Positions 37,480-48,164 of a stretch of DNA of 52,637 nt are shown piece by piece; the stretch's first letter is position 1; the number at the start of each line of letters is the position of its first letter. The DNA lies in assembly GCA_032718475.1 (NCBI GenBank), contig JAUCBJ010007148.1, forward strand, positions 1 to 52,637, read 5' to 3'. A program made the translations under genes and the position numbers. This stretch comes from Nemertoderma westbladi (taxonomy: Eukaryota > Animalia > Xenacoelomorpha). The notes beneath the pieces were generated by a model. That model saw nothing but the letters and a program-made list of their open reading frames with translations. It made no database searches and was not told where the DNA came from.

Positions 37480-38784
37480 TCAAACATCAACCGGAGCACT
37501 GCCGGTTTGATCACTATTCGAAATGCCTACCATTCCACCTCGGGAGTTGACGACAGCAGCGGGGTTGTCACGCAAGTAGCCAACAAAGTCCCTGATGCGA
37601 GTATACATTGGCCACACTGTGGGGTCGAGAAGTTGTTCCCTCTCACCAGACTTGCATGATATTACAAACGAGGACACCCTCGCTTCGTCACGGGATATCC
37701 TGACGCAGGAAACATCAAAACCAGACACTTCCTTCACATGCTTGATAAGCACTTCCGGCTGAACATTTGGGGCACACCCGGTAACAAATATCTTCTTCAC
37801 TGGTTGAATCGTGGCGAAAGAGGTACTAGCAGATGAACCCTGCACAAAAATCCGTTGTTTTGCGTTTCTTGAGCGGGGGGCCGGATTACCAGGCCTCCGC
37901 AGTTGATTCGTCTGAAAGGCAACAGTATTGGTGATGGGGTCAGTAGAACCGCGTTTGTCAACGACTGGATGCCGCCTAACAGCCCGGTGTTTACCATCGC
38001 GGCCAACCGGGATAAAGCTTACAGAGTCATTGTCTGTGTCATCGGAGCGCATCGGAGGAGCAGCCGTGGATGCAACCATACTGTAAGATCGAGAAGAGTT
38101 GGCATTGCAATTCGGTACCGGAAGCTGTATATCAATTGGTCGATGTGGATGTCTATGAGCAGGCATAGGTGGGGGGTCGATGTCACTTTCTGCAACTCCC
38201 CCAACATTGTTACGAAAGTCTGCCGAATGACTACCGGTACCAGTAACGGCACTCTTATCGGTAGACACAGAGCTGCTATCTGCAGTAGGTCGCAAGCAGA
38301 CAGACTCGACCACTGCTAAGCGATCCTGAAGTTTACTGAGCTGCCTTAAAAGGAGGGCAGTATCAGCCTCACACAATGAGAATGGCGGAATTAACGTCAG
38401 ATCTTTAGGAACAGGGTTGAAGTCAGGAGAAGCTTCTACGTTACTGTAATCCATATCTGCTCCTATAGGCCTACTACCGGTAGAAGAGAAGCCTGAGTAG
38501 TCAAAGATATCCAAAATGTCATAGATAACGTTACGGCGAAAGAGTTCGCCGCTATGGCGAACCTTAGAGAAAGGTTGTTTAGACTTTTCGCGATCCGCAA
38601 CCGGTATAAGCTCAAGGAGAACACGTTTGGCCTCCTTAAACATGGCATCACTAAAGCGGGGCCATGGCACTAGGATAGCCAACATCGAATCCCTGGTATA
38701 GCCCTTGGTGTGGGCAGTCCAGAGATATGCTAAAACATCATTGGCGACATGCAAACAGTGTAAACGATTACACTCAGACTCCAT
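37480..38784 (-). CDS. LINE ORF1 protein
   Basis: Sits upstream of ORF2; short coiled coil; C-terminal IFVTG...SFVI...WP..IRDF domain typical of ORF1. Confidence 0.8.
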   Translation of the reverse strand: MESECNRLHCLHVANDVLAYLWTAHTKGYTRDSMLAILVPWPRFSDAMFKEAKRVLLELIPVADREKSKQPFSKVRHSGELFRRNVIYDILDIFDYSGFSSTGSRPIGADMDYSNVEASPDFNPVPKDLTLIPPFSLCEADTALLLRQLSKLQDRLAVVESVCLRPTADSSSVSTDKSAVTGTGSHSADFRNNVGGVAESDIDPPPMPAHRHPHRPIDIQLPVPNCNANSSRSYSMVASTAAPPMRSDDTDNDSVSFIPVGRDGKHRAVRRHPVVDKRGSTDPITNTVAFQTNQLRRPGNPAPRSRNAKQRIFVQGSSASTSFATIQPVKKIFVTGCAPNVQPEVLIKHVKEVSGFDVSCVRISRDEARVSSFVISCKSGEREQLLDPTVWPMYTRIRDFVGYLRDNPAAVVNSRGGMVGISNSDQTGSAPVDV

Positions 38785-38889
38785 CAGTCAGTTAGTTTAA
38801 AACAGAACGGCATGCAACCGGTTAATTGCTGAATTCAGGATTTAGTCAATATAGTACAACAGTACAACAGTCTATAACAGTCTATAACA

Positions 38890-39636
38890 GACTATAAACT
38901 GTATCGTCTACAAGTTAGGGGCTACTTGCTATCAGATATGCATACAATATGATAGGTGATTTCTGCCCAGTGCTCTGAATGTCATGTTGAAGAAATTCAT
39001 TGAAGCACGGGTAAAGAGAAGGAATAACTAAGACTCTCTTAAGGGGAAGTTAAAAAACGTATATAAGTCAATAACCGTATATAAGTTATTTGGACTATAA
39101 AATGTATCGTATACAAGTTAGGGGCTGCCTGCTATTAGATTTGCATACAAGTTGATAGGTGATTTCTGTCCAGTGCTCTGAATGTCACGTTGAAGAAATT
39201 CATTAAAGCGCGGGTAAACAGTGTGAGTAACTATAACTCTCCTAAGGGGAAGTTAAAAACCGTATAGAAGTAAAAAAAACGCATATAATTCAAAAACCGT
39301 ATATAAGCTGAGTGGACTGTAGAATTTATCGTCTACAAGTTAGGGGCTACCTGCTATCAGATTTGCATACAAGTTTATAGGTGATTTCTGCCCAGTGCAC
39401 TGAATGTCACGTTGAAGAAATTCATTGAAGCGCGGGTAAACAGCGGGAGTATCCATGACTCGCTTAAGGGGAATCAAAAACCGTATATAAGTCAAAAACC
39501 GTATATAAGTTAAGTGGACTGTAAAATTTATCGTTTACAAGTTAGGGGCTACCTGCTATCGGATTTGCGTACAAGTTGATAGGTGATTTCTGCCCAGTGC
39601 ACTGAATGTCACGTTGAAGAAATTCATTGAAGCGCC

Positions 39637-39671
<35 letters not shown>

Positions 39672-39855
39672 GGAAGTTAAAAACCATCTAGAAGTAAAAA
39701 AAACGTATATAAGTCAAAAACCGTATATATGTTAAGTGGACTGTAAAATGTATCGTATACAAGTTAGGGATCTGCTATCAGATTTGCGTACAAGTTGATA
39801 GGTGATTTCTGCAAGGTGCTCTGAATGTCACGTTGAAGAAATTCATTGAAGCGCC

Positions 39856-39890
<35 letters not shown>

Positions 39891-41678
39891 GGAAGTTAAA
39901 AACCGTCTAGAAGTAAAAAAAACGTATATAAGTCAAAAACCGTATATATGTTAAGTGGACTGTAAAATGTATCGTATACAAGTTAGGGATCTGCTATCAG
40001 ATTTGCGTAAAAGTTGATATTAACTATGACTATGATAACTATGACTCTCTTAAGGGGAAGTTAAAAACCGTCTAGAAGTAAAAAAAACGTATATAAGTCA
40101 AAAACCGTATATAAGTTGAGTGGACTGTAAAATTTATCGTCTACAAGTTAGGGGCTACCTGCTATCAGATTTGCATACAAGTTGATAGGTGATTTCTGCC
40201 CTGTGCACTGAATGTCACGTTGAATAAATTCATTGAAGCGCGGGTAAACAGCGGGAGTATCCATGACTCTCTTAAGGGAAATTAAAAACCGTATATAATT
40301 CAATAATGTTAGCTTATCCAATTCCGCTAACACAAACCCATAAAGTCAACCGTTAAGCAATATTGGGGGCCACGAGATTGGGTAACCAATAACTCGTGTC
40401 ATCCCAACAAAATGGGAAGGAGAAACACACAATAAGGGTCAGGGGCCAAACCCCTAACAGAGAGAGAATAGCTGGAGTGAACGGAAACACTCCAAAGGGT
40501 TCCAACAAGGATATTAGCCAATCAGGGGGGAAGCATCGACTGGGTAATGCAATGAGGCCAACCCATGCAGTATATATTGCCTGTCATCATGTCATTGTAG
40601 TAGTTATCCCAGTACAGTCAGGTAGTACGGTGACAGTCAAGACCGTCACTGCCGTCACCCATATTACCGGTCATCTATTCAGTCATTGGCGCTATCTGTT
40701 ATCATACCTACATATCTATATATCTACATTATATCTATACTGGAACAACAAACTCCTTTTCTATCACACGGTGCGGCTGACGCGTACGAAACAACACCGG
40801 ATAAACCGGGATCCTCTCGGATCCCGTCACAAATAAGGCAAAAAAAAAACTTTATATAAGTCAAAAACCGTATATAAGTTAAGTAGGACTGTAAAATGTA
40901 TCGTATACAAGTTAAGGGCTATCTGCTATCAGATTTGCGTAAAAGTTGATAGGTAATTTCTGCCCAGTGCTCTGAATGTCACGTTGAAGAATTTCATTGA
41001 AGCACGGGTAAACAGCGGGAGTAACTATGACTCTCTTAAGGGGAAGTTGAAAACTGTATATAAGTCAAAAACCGTATATAAGTCAAAAACCGTATATAAG
41101 TTAAGTGGACTATAAACTGTATCGTCTACAACTTATAGTATATAAGTTAAGTGGACTATAAACTGTATCGTTTACAAGTTAGGGGCTACTTGCTATCAGA
41201 TTTGCATACAAGATGATAGGTGATTTCTGCCCAGTGCTCTGAATGTCATGTTGAAGAAATTCATTGAAGCATGGGTAAAGAGAAGGAATAACTAAGGCTC
41301 TCTTAAGGGTAAGTTAAAAAACGTATATAAGTCAATAACCGTATATAAGTTATTTGGACTGTAAAATGTATCGTATACAAGTTAGGGGCTGCCTGCTATT
41401 AGATTTGCATACAAGTTGATAGGTGATTTCTGTCCAGTGCTCTGAATGTCACGTTGAAGAAATTCATTGAAGCGCGGGTAAACAGTGTGAGTAAATATGA
41501 CTCGCTTAAGGGGAATCAAAAACCGTATATAAGTCAAAAACCGTATATAAGTTAAGTGGACTGTAAAATGTATCGTTTACAAGTTAGGGGCTACCTGCTA
41601 TCGGATTTGCGTACAAGTTGATAGGTGATTTCTGCCCAGTGCTCTGAATGTCACGTTGAAGAAATTCATTGAAGCGCC

Positions 41679-41713
<35 letters not shown>

Positions 41714-41767
41714 GGAAGTTAAAAACCGTCTAGAAGTAAAAAAAACGTATATAAGTCAAAAACCGTG
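38890..41767 (+). repeat. Satellite of ~200-220 bp units, each carrying ~90 bp of 28S rRNA sequence that ends at the R2 insertion site; ~10 full units plus 1 partial
   Basis: GTGATTTCTGCCCAGTGCTCTGAATGTC...GGTAAACGGCGGGAGTAACTATGACTCTCTTAAGG starts near 38956, 39159, 39381, 39582, 39802, 40189, 40952, 41220, 41423 and 41625. Confidence 0.92.
40307..40831 (+). mobile_element. Solo LTR, diverged relative of the BEL/Pao LTRs at 11680 and 21453
   Basis: TGTTAGC...CCCGTCACA with a 5-bp AATAA TSD. Confidence 0.92.
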
Positions 41768-42760
41768 TTCCCCCCCATGATGACTTGGCCCTGGATTTAG
41801 GTGTATGTCCCCTGCCCTTAATAATAGCATTTTTATTGTTATCGATATGATTAGTAAAATGTCTAAGATTGTGCAACTATAGAATTGTAAACAGAAGTAT
41901 AAAGATTTGAGTATTATGAATAAAGTAACTGTATTTGAATACCGATAATTTTTATTTTTCTGTATCCCATTAAGATCTGCCCATTTATTTTTGTTTAAGT
42001 TCCAGTTTATCACTACTAAGGTAAAGTTTAGTCTAGGTGTGTAAATAGCTGTGAAACAACATATTACTACTAAATTTAGTATTATCATGGAAAATAATTT
42101 ATGTGATACTCTAAATCTACTTAAAATAAGGTTACAAAGCCCAGAAAAAGAAAGTAATATACAGGAATATGCTACATATGTAATATTATTTTTTTCCAGC
42201 CGTGCGTCAGACATATCCATTTTACTAGCGCCCCTGTACTTATCGGATATATGCTGATATAATAATTTTGAACCAAAAAAATTTATATTGTATTTCTGTA
42301 AATAACATATTATCAGTATAGTTATGCACAACTGTATAGCAAAGTATAACTTTTGTTTAGTAATTAATGCTATAATATTATTACTTTTCCTGACCCTACG
42401 ACGCTTGCTATTCAAATAAAGATTAATAAAATATTGTTGGTATAAAACAAAAACTGGCAATAATGCTAAAAATGTAATTGCCATACCTATGTATGTTGCT
42501 AGTATGGCGACTATAAATACGCTCGCACATATAAAAACTATAGATATCTTGATTAAAGTGAGTCTTGCTATTATTATAGCAATCATAAGATATATATATA
42601 ATAAAATATTGGAATTTACTGTAAACTCATAAACTAAATTAAATGTATTGTAAAGATAATCTTTGGGTAGATAATCATTTTCTGTAAGATTTTCATTTAA
42701 AGTAAAATTAATAAAAAACATTAAAACTGATATATAACACTGTGTTAAACTGTATATCAT
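41756..42760 (-). CDS. Very hydrophobic, probably multi-pass membrane ORF ending in a 2A-like motif; truncated
   Basis: 334 open codons in extremely AT-rich DNA; roughly 7-8 hydrophobic segments by eye; GDIHLNPGP. Confidence 0.6.
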   Translation of the reverse strand: MIYSLTQCYISVLMFFINFTLNENLTENDYLPKDYLYNTFNLVYEFTVNSNILLYIYLMIAIIIARLTLIKISIVFICASVFIVAILATYIGMAITFLALLPVFVLYQQYFINLYLNSKRRRVRKSNNIIALITKQKLYFAIQLCITILIICYLQKYNINFFGSKLLYQHISDKYRGASKMDMSDARLEKNNITYVAYSCILLSFSGLCNLILSRFRVSHKLFSMIILNLVVICCFTAIYTPRLNFTLVVINWNLNKNKWADLNGIQKNKNYRYSNTVTLFIILKSLYFCLQFYSCTILDILLIISITIKMLLLRAGDIHLNPGPSHHGGEHGF

Positions 42761-43059
42761 AGTAAAATTAATTTAAGAGATTAGAAATATCTATTCAAAA
42801 TAAATGTTTTCAAGTTACTACCACTGTGATATATAATGCATGCATATATGGACCCGGCATATAAAAAAGGTAATATTTAAACTTAGAATATTTGGGCTAG
42901 ATGTGCTGGAGGAGGTTAATGATGGCCGCCATTAATCCAGGTTTCTTTGTAGACTCTGTGACGTGACCCCAAGGCACGTTATACCCCAAGGCGTCCTGGT
43001 ATTCCGCAATATTATGTCGTGTGGACTGTAACTCTATGGGGGTGGGTAGCAGGCGTGGT

Positions 43060-44802
43060 TTATGCGATGGAACAGATAATATTGGCTGACAGGTACGTGT
43101 AACATTCGTATTTGGTGACATTCCCCGACATTGCCTGCGGACGACTATTATCAATAACTGGCCGGCTTCGAAGATGAAACTTTATCGAGTTGGCCAGGAT
43201 TGCGATGAATCGTTCGGAAATGTGTTTGTTGTCGATGAGATGTGCTCTTGTTATCCGCGTATTGGATGCGAACTGTATATTTAATCTATAACATAGATTA
43301 CGTATTTGTGTATTGAAGGTAGAAACAATACAATCCGCGCGCGTTATTATACTTGAGACAGTAATTTCACATGTTGTCCATTTTGATCGCGCTTTTAAAA
43401 CGGCTTCTCTTAGATTTCCTATCATTTCTTCCTCCGTATCGCTGTTTATATCGTTCGTCCCAGTTTGTATATATATTTTCGATATATTAGGGAATTTGCG
43501 AGTGGCCCTTTCCATATTGGTCAGTAGTGTCTGGGATGTCCCCGTCGGAATCATCCTGGCTGACTTATGGATACCCTTGGTCGTTATGTGCCGTCGATTA
43601 CTATCCATGAATAACAGGCATTCAATTTTCGTAGTATTATCGTTAATTACGTCCGTGAACCCCTGCGATAGGGGTTTGTAGGCTGGCGTTGTCGGTTCCG
43701 ATCGCTGTCGCACGTCAGTTCGGTTCCGCGATGGGGGTTCGTCGGTTCGCGTTGTCGGTTCCGATCGTTGCCGCACGTCAGTTCGGTTCCGCGATGGGGG
43801 TTCGTTCGCTCGCGTTGTCGGTTCCGATCGCTGTTGCACGTCAGTTCGGTTCCGCGATGGGGGTTCATCGGCTCGCGTTGTCGGTTCCGATCGCTGTTGC
43901 ACGTCAGTTCGGTTCCGCGATGGGGGCTCGTCGGCTCGCGTTGTCGGTTCCGATCGCTGTTGCACGTCAGTTCGGTTCCGCAATGGGGGCTCGTCAGCTC
44001 GCGTTGTCGGTTCCGATCTTCGATTGTCGGTTTGGTTCCCAGTTATTGCACCGGGTTGGTCTATTAAGAAGACAGATGATATATTCTGCAAGGTTCCCTC
44101 ATTACCTGTATTGGAATCCAGCTCCATAGTATCGATAAATTTGCTTGCTGATCGGTGTGGATAACTACCAGGTAGAACTAAGCGGGAGTTAAGAATTGGA
44201 GAAGAATGAGCAATGAGATCAACATTACTGGTTGAGGTGGTAATTCTGTTTGCCGTACTGTCTACCTGAGTGTTAATAAACCTTGTTGTCTTAATAAAGT
44301 GATCTAATTGTTCTTGAAGTCCGTTAAGTTTGATTGTATCCTCTCGTCGAAGTTGATGGATTTGGGCTAATTGCATTTCAAGTGTGTTAATTCGAGATAT
44401 TGCTTGTGTCACGACCCTCGTTAAGTCTTCATTACTCTTTGAGGATGGGATGTGTATGTGGATGTCGTCGTCGTTATCGTCTACACTCATGGTTTCTTCA
44501 TTCCATTCTTCTCTGGTAGTGGTGTTTTCAAGGTTATCGCTACCAGAGAGACGATGTGGTGGGGATACCGGTATTTGGTATGGCGCTGATTTGCGGCGCG
44601 ATACGATATTCTGTTGTAAACGTTTTATAACTTGCGCTTTCGTACCACTAGTTTTTAGATTTAGCTTACCGAGTTCTTGCTTGAGGACCGGGTGTAAAAG
44701 CTTTTGTGGGATAACTGATTCGTTTGCCTTGTTGGCCAGTTCCCCCCCCCCCCCCCGGTCGCTAGAATACTCTAAAGGGGATCTATAGTTAAAATAGTGC
44801 AA
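43060..44802 (-). CDS. LINE ORF1: SAP domain, coiled coil, 20-aa repeats and SGNH/GDSL esterase (start uncertain)
   Basis: LKQELGKLNLKTSGTKAQVIKRL; FMDSN, QTGTNDI, DNKH. Confidence 0.82.
   Translation of the reverse strand: MHYFNYRSPLEYSSDRGGGGELANKANESVIPQKLLHPVLKQELGKLNLKTSGTKAQVIKRLQQNIVSRRKSAPYQIPVSPPHRLSGSDNLENTTTREEWNEETMSVDDNDDDIHIHIPSSKSNEDLTRVVTQAISRINTLEMQLAQIHQLRREDTIKLNGLQEQLDHFIKTTRFINTQVDSTANRITTSTSNVDLIAHSSPILNSRLVLPGSYPHRSASKFIDTMELDSNTGNEGTLQNISSVFLIDQPGAITGNQTDNRRSEPTTRADEPPLRNRTDVQQRSEPTTRADEPPSRNRTDVQQRSEPTTRADEPPSRNRTDVQQRSEPTTRANEPPSRNRTDVRQRSEPTTRTDEPPSRNRTDVRQRSEPTTPAYKPLSQGFTDVINDNTTKIECLLFMDSNRRHITTKGIHKSARMIPTGTSQTLLTNMERATRKFPNISKIYIQTGTNDINSDTEEEMIGNLREAVLKARSKWTTCEITVSSIITRADCIVSTFNTQIRNLCYRLNIQFASNTRITRAHLIDNKHISERFIAILANSIKFHLRSRPVIDNSRPQAMSGNVTKYECYTYLSANIICSIA
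43685..44020. repeat. 60-bp coding tandem repeat, ~5.5 copies (RSEPTTRADEPPSRNRTDVQQ)
   Basis: Seen directly. Confidence 0.95.
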
Positions 44803-46269
44803 GCTACCAGCTTATTGGCTGATTTGCTGTACGCAGGTATCTGGGCTCTGTTTAATCGGCCAACCAGCCTAGAAAGGTTGCGTCATACATAGCCTTGTTT
44901 TTGTATCTCCCAATAGAATTTGAGTTAGCCTTGATTTTGACCTATCACAGAGCTACTGAACTGAAATTTTCCTATCTCACTGCTCTTTCTCTGTGTTGAA
45001 CGGGAGCTTCGTGGAATAAGGGTAGTTGGTATCCTCGTATAGAGCAGTAGTCACGAGTTTTTCAAAGCCACGAAAGAACGGCTTTGTAGTGTTTTGTGCT
45101 TTCTGCTTTTTAGCTCAACACTAGTAGGTTTAATTATAAGGACATATATCCTTTAACTGATCTGGCGGCTGCAACTGTACACTGGCTTTTAATCACTTGA
45201 ATATCTCACTGCTAAAATTTACCTGCTCAATCAATACTGTATATTGCTATTTGTTGTCGGTTATTCATTATATTGGTTGATGAATTATTATATTGGAATA
45301 ACGAGAAATAACCCCGAAAACCCAATATTCTTGATATACCGAAGGTAAGAGAGAAAGGTTACCAATAACGATTGTGACTTATGTTAAAGTGGTTTGAAGT
45401 GAATCTAATGTTATTTGATAGACCCTACATGAGTCAGTCTGTGTTCCTTTTATATGTGACTAAAATCAGTGAAGATTGGCAGATTAGTGTGCAGTATTGT
45501 GCAGCATTGTGTACGAGTGAGTCTGTTAAAGAAGCATTTCCTAAAGAATGCGCCATATATGTGAATTATAATTAAGCCATATCGTTGTGAGTAGTTTAAG
45601 TCATAACTCTGTTTATATAAATAAAGCGCCACGTCCTAAAGGAACTGTTAATATTCCCTAAGGTGAATAATATTGTCAGAGATTATATAATACTGTCAGT
45701 CGAATAATACATTAGGCTTACATAGCAATAAAATTAAACCGTCGAACCCAATCTCCCGGGAATATCCAGCGGGTGAATGATCGCGCACAGATTGGTTTCG
45801 ACTAGTGTAGTGAATCAAATACTTGTCATAGGCTAAAAAGCGATTTAATATCTAGAAGACATCTTAATTTGGCGGATTAAACTGCCAAAGGTCTGAAAGC
45901 GCGAACATTAAAGGATATAGCTTCTTTGTTGCAGTAAGCAATAAAGTTGAAAGTACCGGTCAACCGGTAAACCTGAACCGGTACATCTGTAGGTCAGTAG
46001 GCCCAACTGCCAGAACCGGTACTGCCGTAGGTCCGTAGGTCCAACTGCCAGAACCGGTAATTCTGTAGGTCCGTAGGCCTAGCTGTCCTAACCGGTACTT
46101 CCGTATAAGTACACTAGTATTATTCGATTTGATTGTTGCATACCGGTAGGCTGTTAAGGGATTAGGGATTGATCACCCCTTATTCCTTTATATGGTTTAC
46201 TTATTTCTGTCAAGTTTTATTTATTTGTAGGCCAGTATTGAACAGAAGGCGTGTAAGCCTGATCAGATT

Positions 46270-46860
46270 GTACAGACAATTTGTAGGCTGAGCTGTTGTC
46301 TGATTGCTGTTAAGTCCGAACGAATTGCAGTGTGTGTAGATCACCTGTCCGATTAAGTACGGTTAGGAAGTAGGGGCAGCGAATGCTGTAAGGTAAACCC
46401 CCAACTAAAGAATAAGTCGTACTACTGGGTTAGAACGCATACTCCCTAATCATTTCGGAGTCTGCATGTCCTGTAGTTTATTTAGGCTTGAGAGTAGTCT
46501 GCCATCGTTTAGTCTGTACTTTGTTTGTGTAAGTCTGTACGGGTAGCGTATAATTTTATTTAGATAATTTGTAGGCTGGATAGTTGTCTGGCTGTTATTA
46601 GGTCTGAACGGATTGCAGCGTGTGTAGATCACTTGTCCGATAAAGAACGGTTAGGAAGTAGGGGCAGCGAATGCTGTAAGGTAAACCCCCAATTAAAGAA
46701 TAAGTCGTACTACTGGGTTAGAACGCATACTACCTAATTATTTTGGAGTCTGCATATACCGTAGTTTGCTTAGGCTTGATAGTAGTCTGTCAGTGTTCGG
46801 TCTGCATTTTGTTTGAGTAGTTTGTACGCGTAGCGTAATATTTATTATTCAGAGTTTATG
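46270..46860. repeat. ~298-bp tandem duplication in the 5' leader
   Basis: ACGGTTAGGAAGTAGGGGCAGCGAATGCTG...GAACGCATACT occurs at ~46360 and ~46648. Confidence 0.9.
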
Positions 46861-48164
46861 CGATTATCCGCAACATTCATTCCCCAAGTTTGTTCCTACA
46901 GTAATTGTGTTTGTTATACATACCGCTATAGTTAAATTAACCCCGGTACTACACGGGCTGCTTGGCGTAGGTAAAGACTGGTGATTTTGTGCATCGGTCA
47001 CTCCAGCAGATGCCGTGGTTCTTTTAGCTGTTCAAGTATATTTAACTACTGATTATCTGTTGTACAAGTACTCGTACCTAATTTAGGGTTTAGTGTACAG
47101 TGCTTTCCGAGAGTAATTAGTGTAGGCATTATATTTGTGTTGTAAAGTGGTTGATAGGCACGTTCGATTAGCTCTATTAACTTCTAGGTAGGAACACTCC
47201 GTGATACATAACGTAGAACCTATAGCGATACGGCTATAGGTCGTCAGGTGGTGGTATTTTCCTATCTGGACAACGCAGTGTATTTACTACTACTTATTAT
47301 TTTCAAATACCGTAGTACCCTGTCCGTTGTAATTACCAGATTCCTAACCCTTTGTTAGGCTGGTTTGTAGACTTCTTGTAAAATTACCCTGAAATTCGTA
47401 TTTTGCGTTTTTGTAAAATTTTGTGTTTATTTAGAGATTGTAATCTCACCCGAATTGTACGTAATTTGTAGTATTAAGTAACTTAGGTAAATTAGTATTA
47501 TTTGTTTTAGTGTCCTATAAGTAACACTTCACTGAAAGCGCACCGCTTTGTGTAGTGATTACTCCCCAGAAATAATAACATTTATTTCAAACATTGACAA
47601 ACCCATTAAAACGGGTATATATATATATTATAAATCAAATCTAACGATTTATAAATAGTAGGCCTGCCATACAACAATTAGGTCTCAATATCAGTTGGAC
47701 TACTGCTCAAATAGCGGTAATAAAGTAAGTAAAGTAACCAAGTAACCCTAAAAATTCAGAAATTCAATTATTTAAAGTAATTGATATACCGGTATTTACG
47801 ATAGGCCTATTATCTTTATTTCTATAAATTTAGGCTGAAATTATACCGGTACCTGTAATTAATTATAGTCCAGAATTATATATACTACAAACTGTAAGCT
47901 GTATACCGGTATTCCCGATAGGCCTATTATATATTTATATATATTTGTGCTAAATTTATACCGGTATTCGGTGATAAACCTAGTCTGTAATAATAGTTAT
48001 ATATACTATAAGCATACCGGTATTCTAATATATTATATATCACGCTACACTGAGTAGCAGTACCGGTAATTAATTACTAGGCTAGCAGTTAATACTGAGT
48101 TACTAGACTTACTCAGACTGTAATACAGACAGTAGGCAGTAGACATTCAACGGTATACATAGTC

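Larger units (their letters stand above)
34311..38889 (-). mobile_element. Near full-length two-ORF LINE (clade uncertain; Proto2- or Daphne-like)
   Basis: ORF1, ORF2 and a (TAA)n tail; GACTATA TSD at 34304-34310 and 38890-38896. Confidence 0.9.
41768..45200 (-). mobile_element. 5' part of a CR1/L2-group LINE (3' portion lost; 5' end approximate)
   Basis: Esterase-type ORF1 followed by an ORF ending in LLLRAGDIHLNPGP, the usual start of ORF2; cut at the junction with the satellite. Confidence 0.7.

Noticed and set aside
38890-41767. Functional rRNA gene or HDV/hammerhead ribozyme array
   Set aside because: Only ~90-bp mutated 28S pieces are present. No HDV core or CUGANGA/GAAA core was found by eye.
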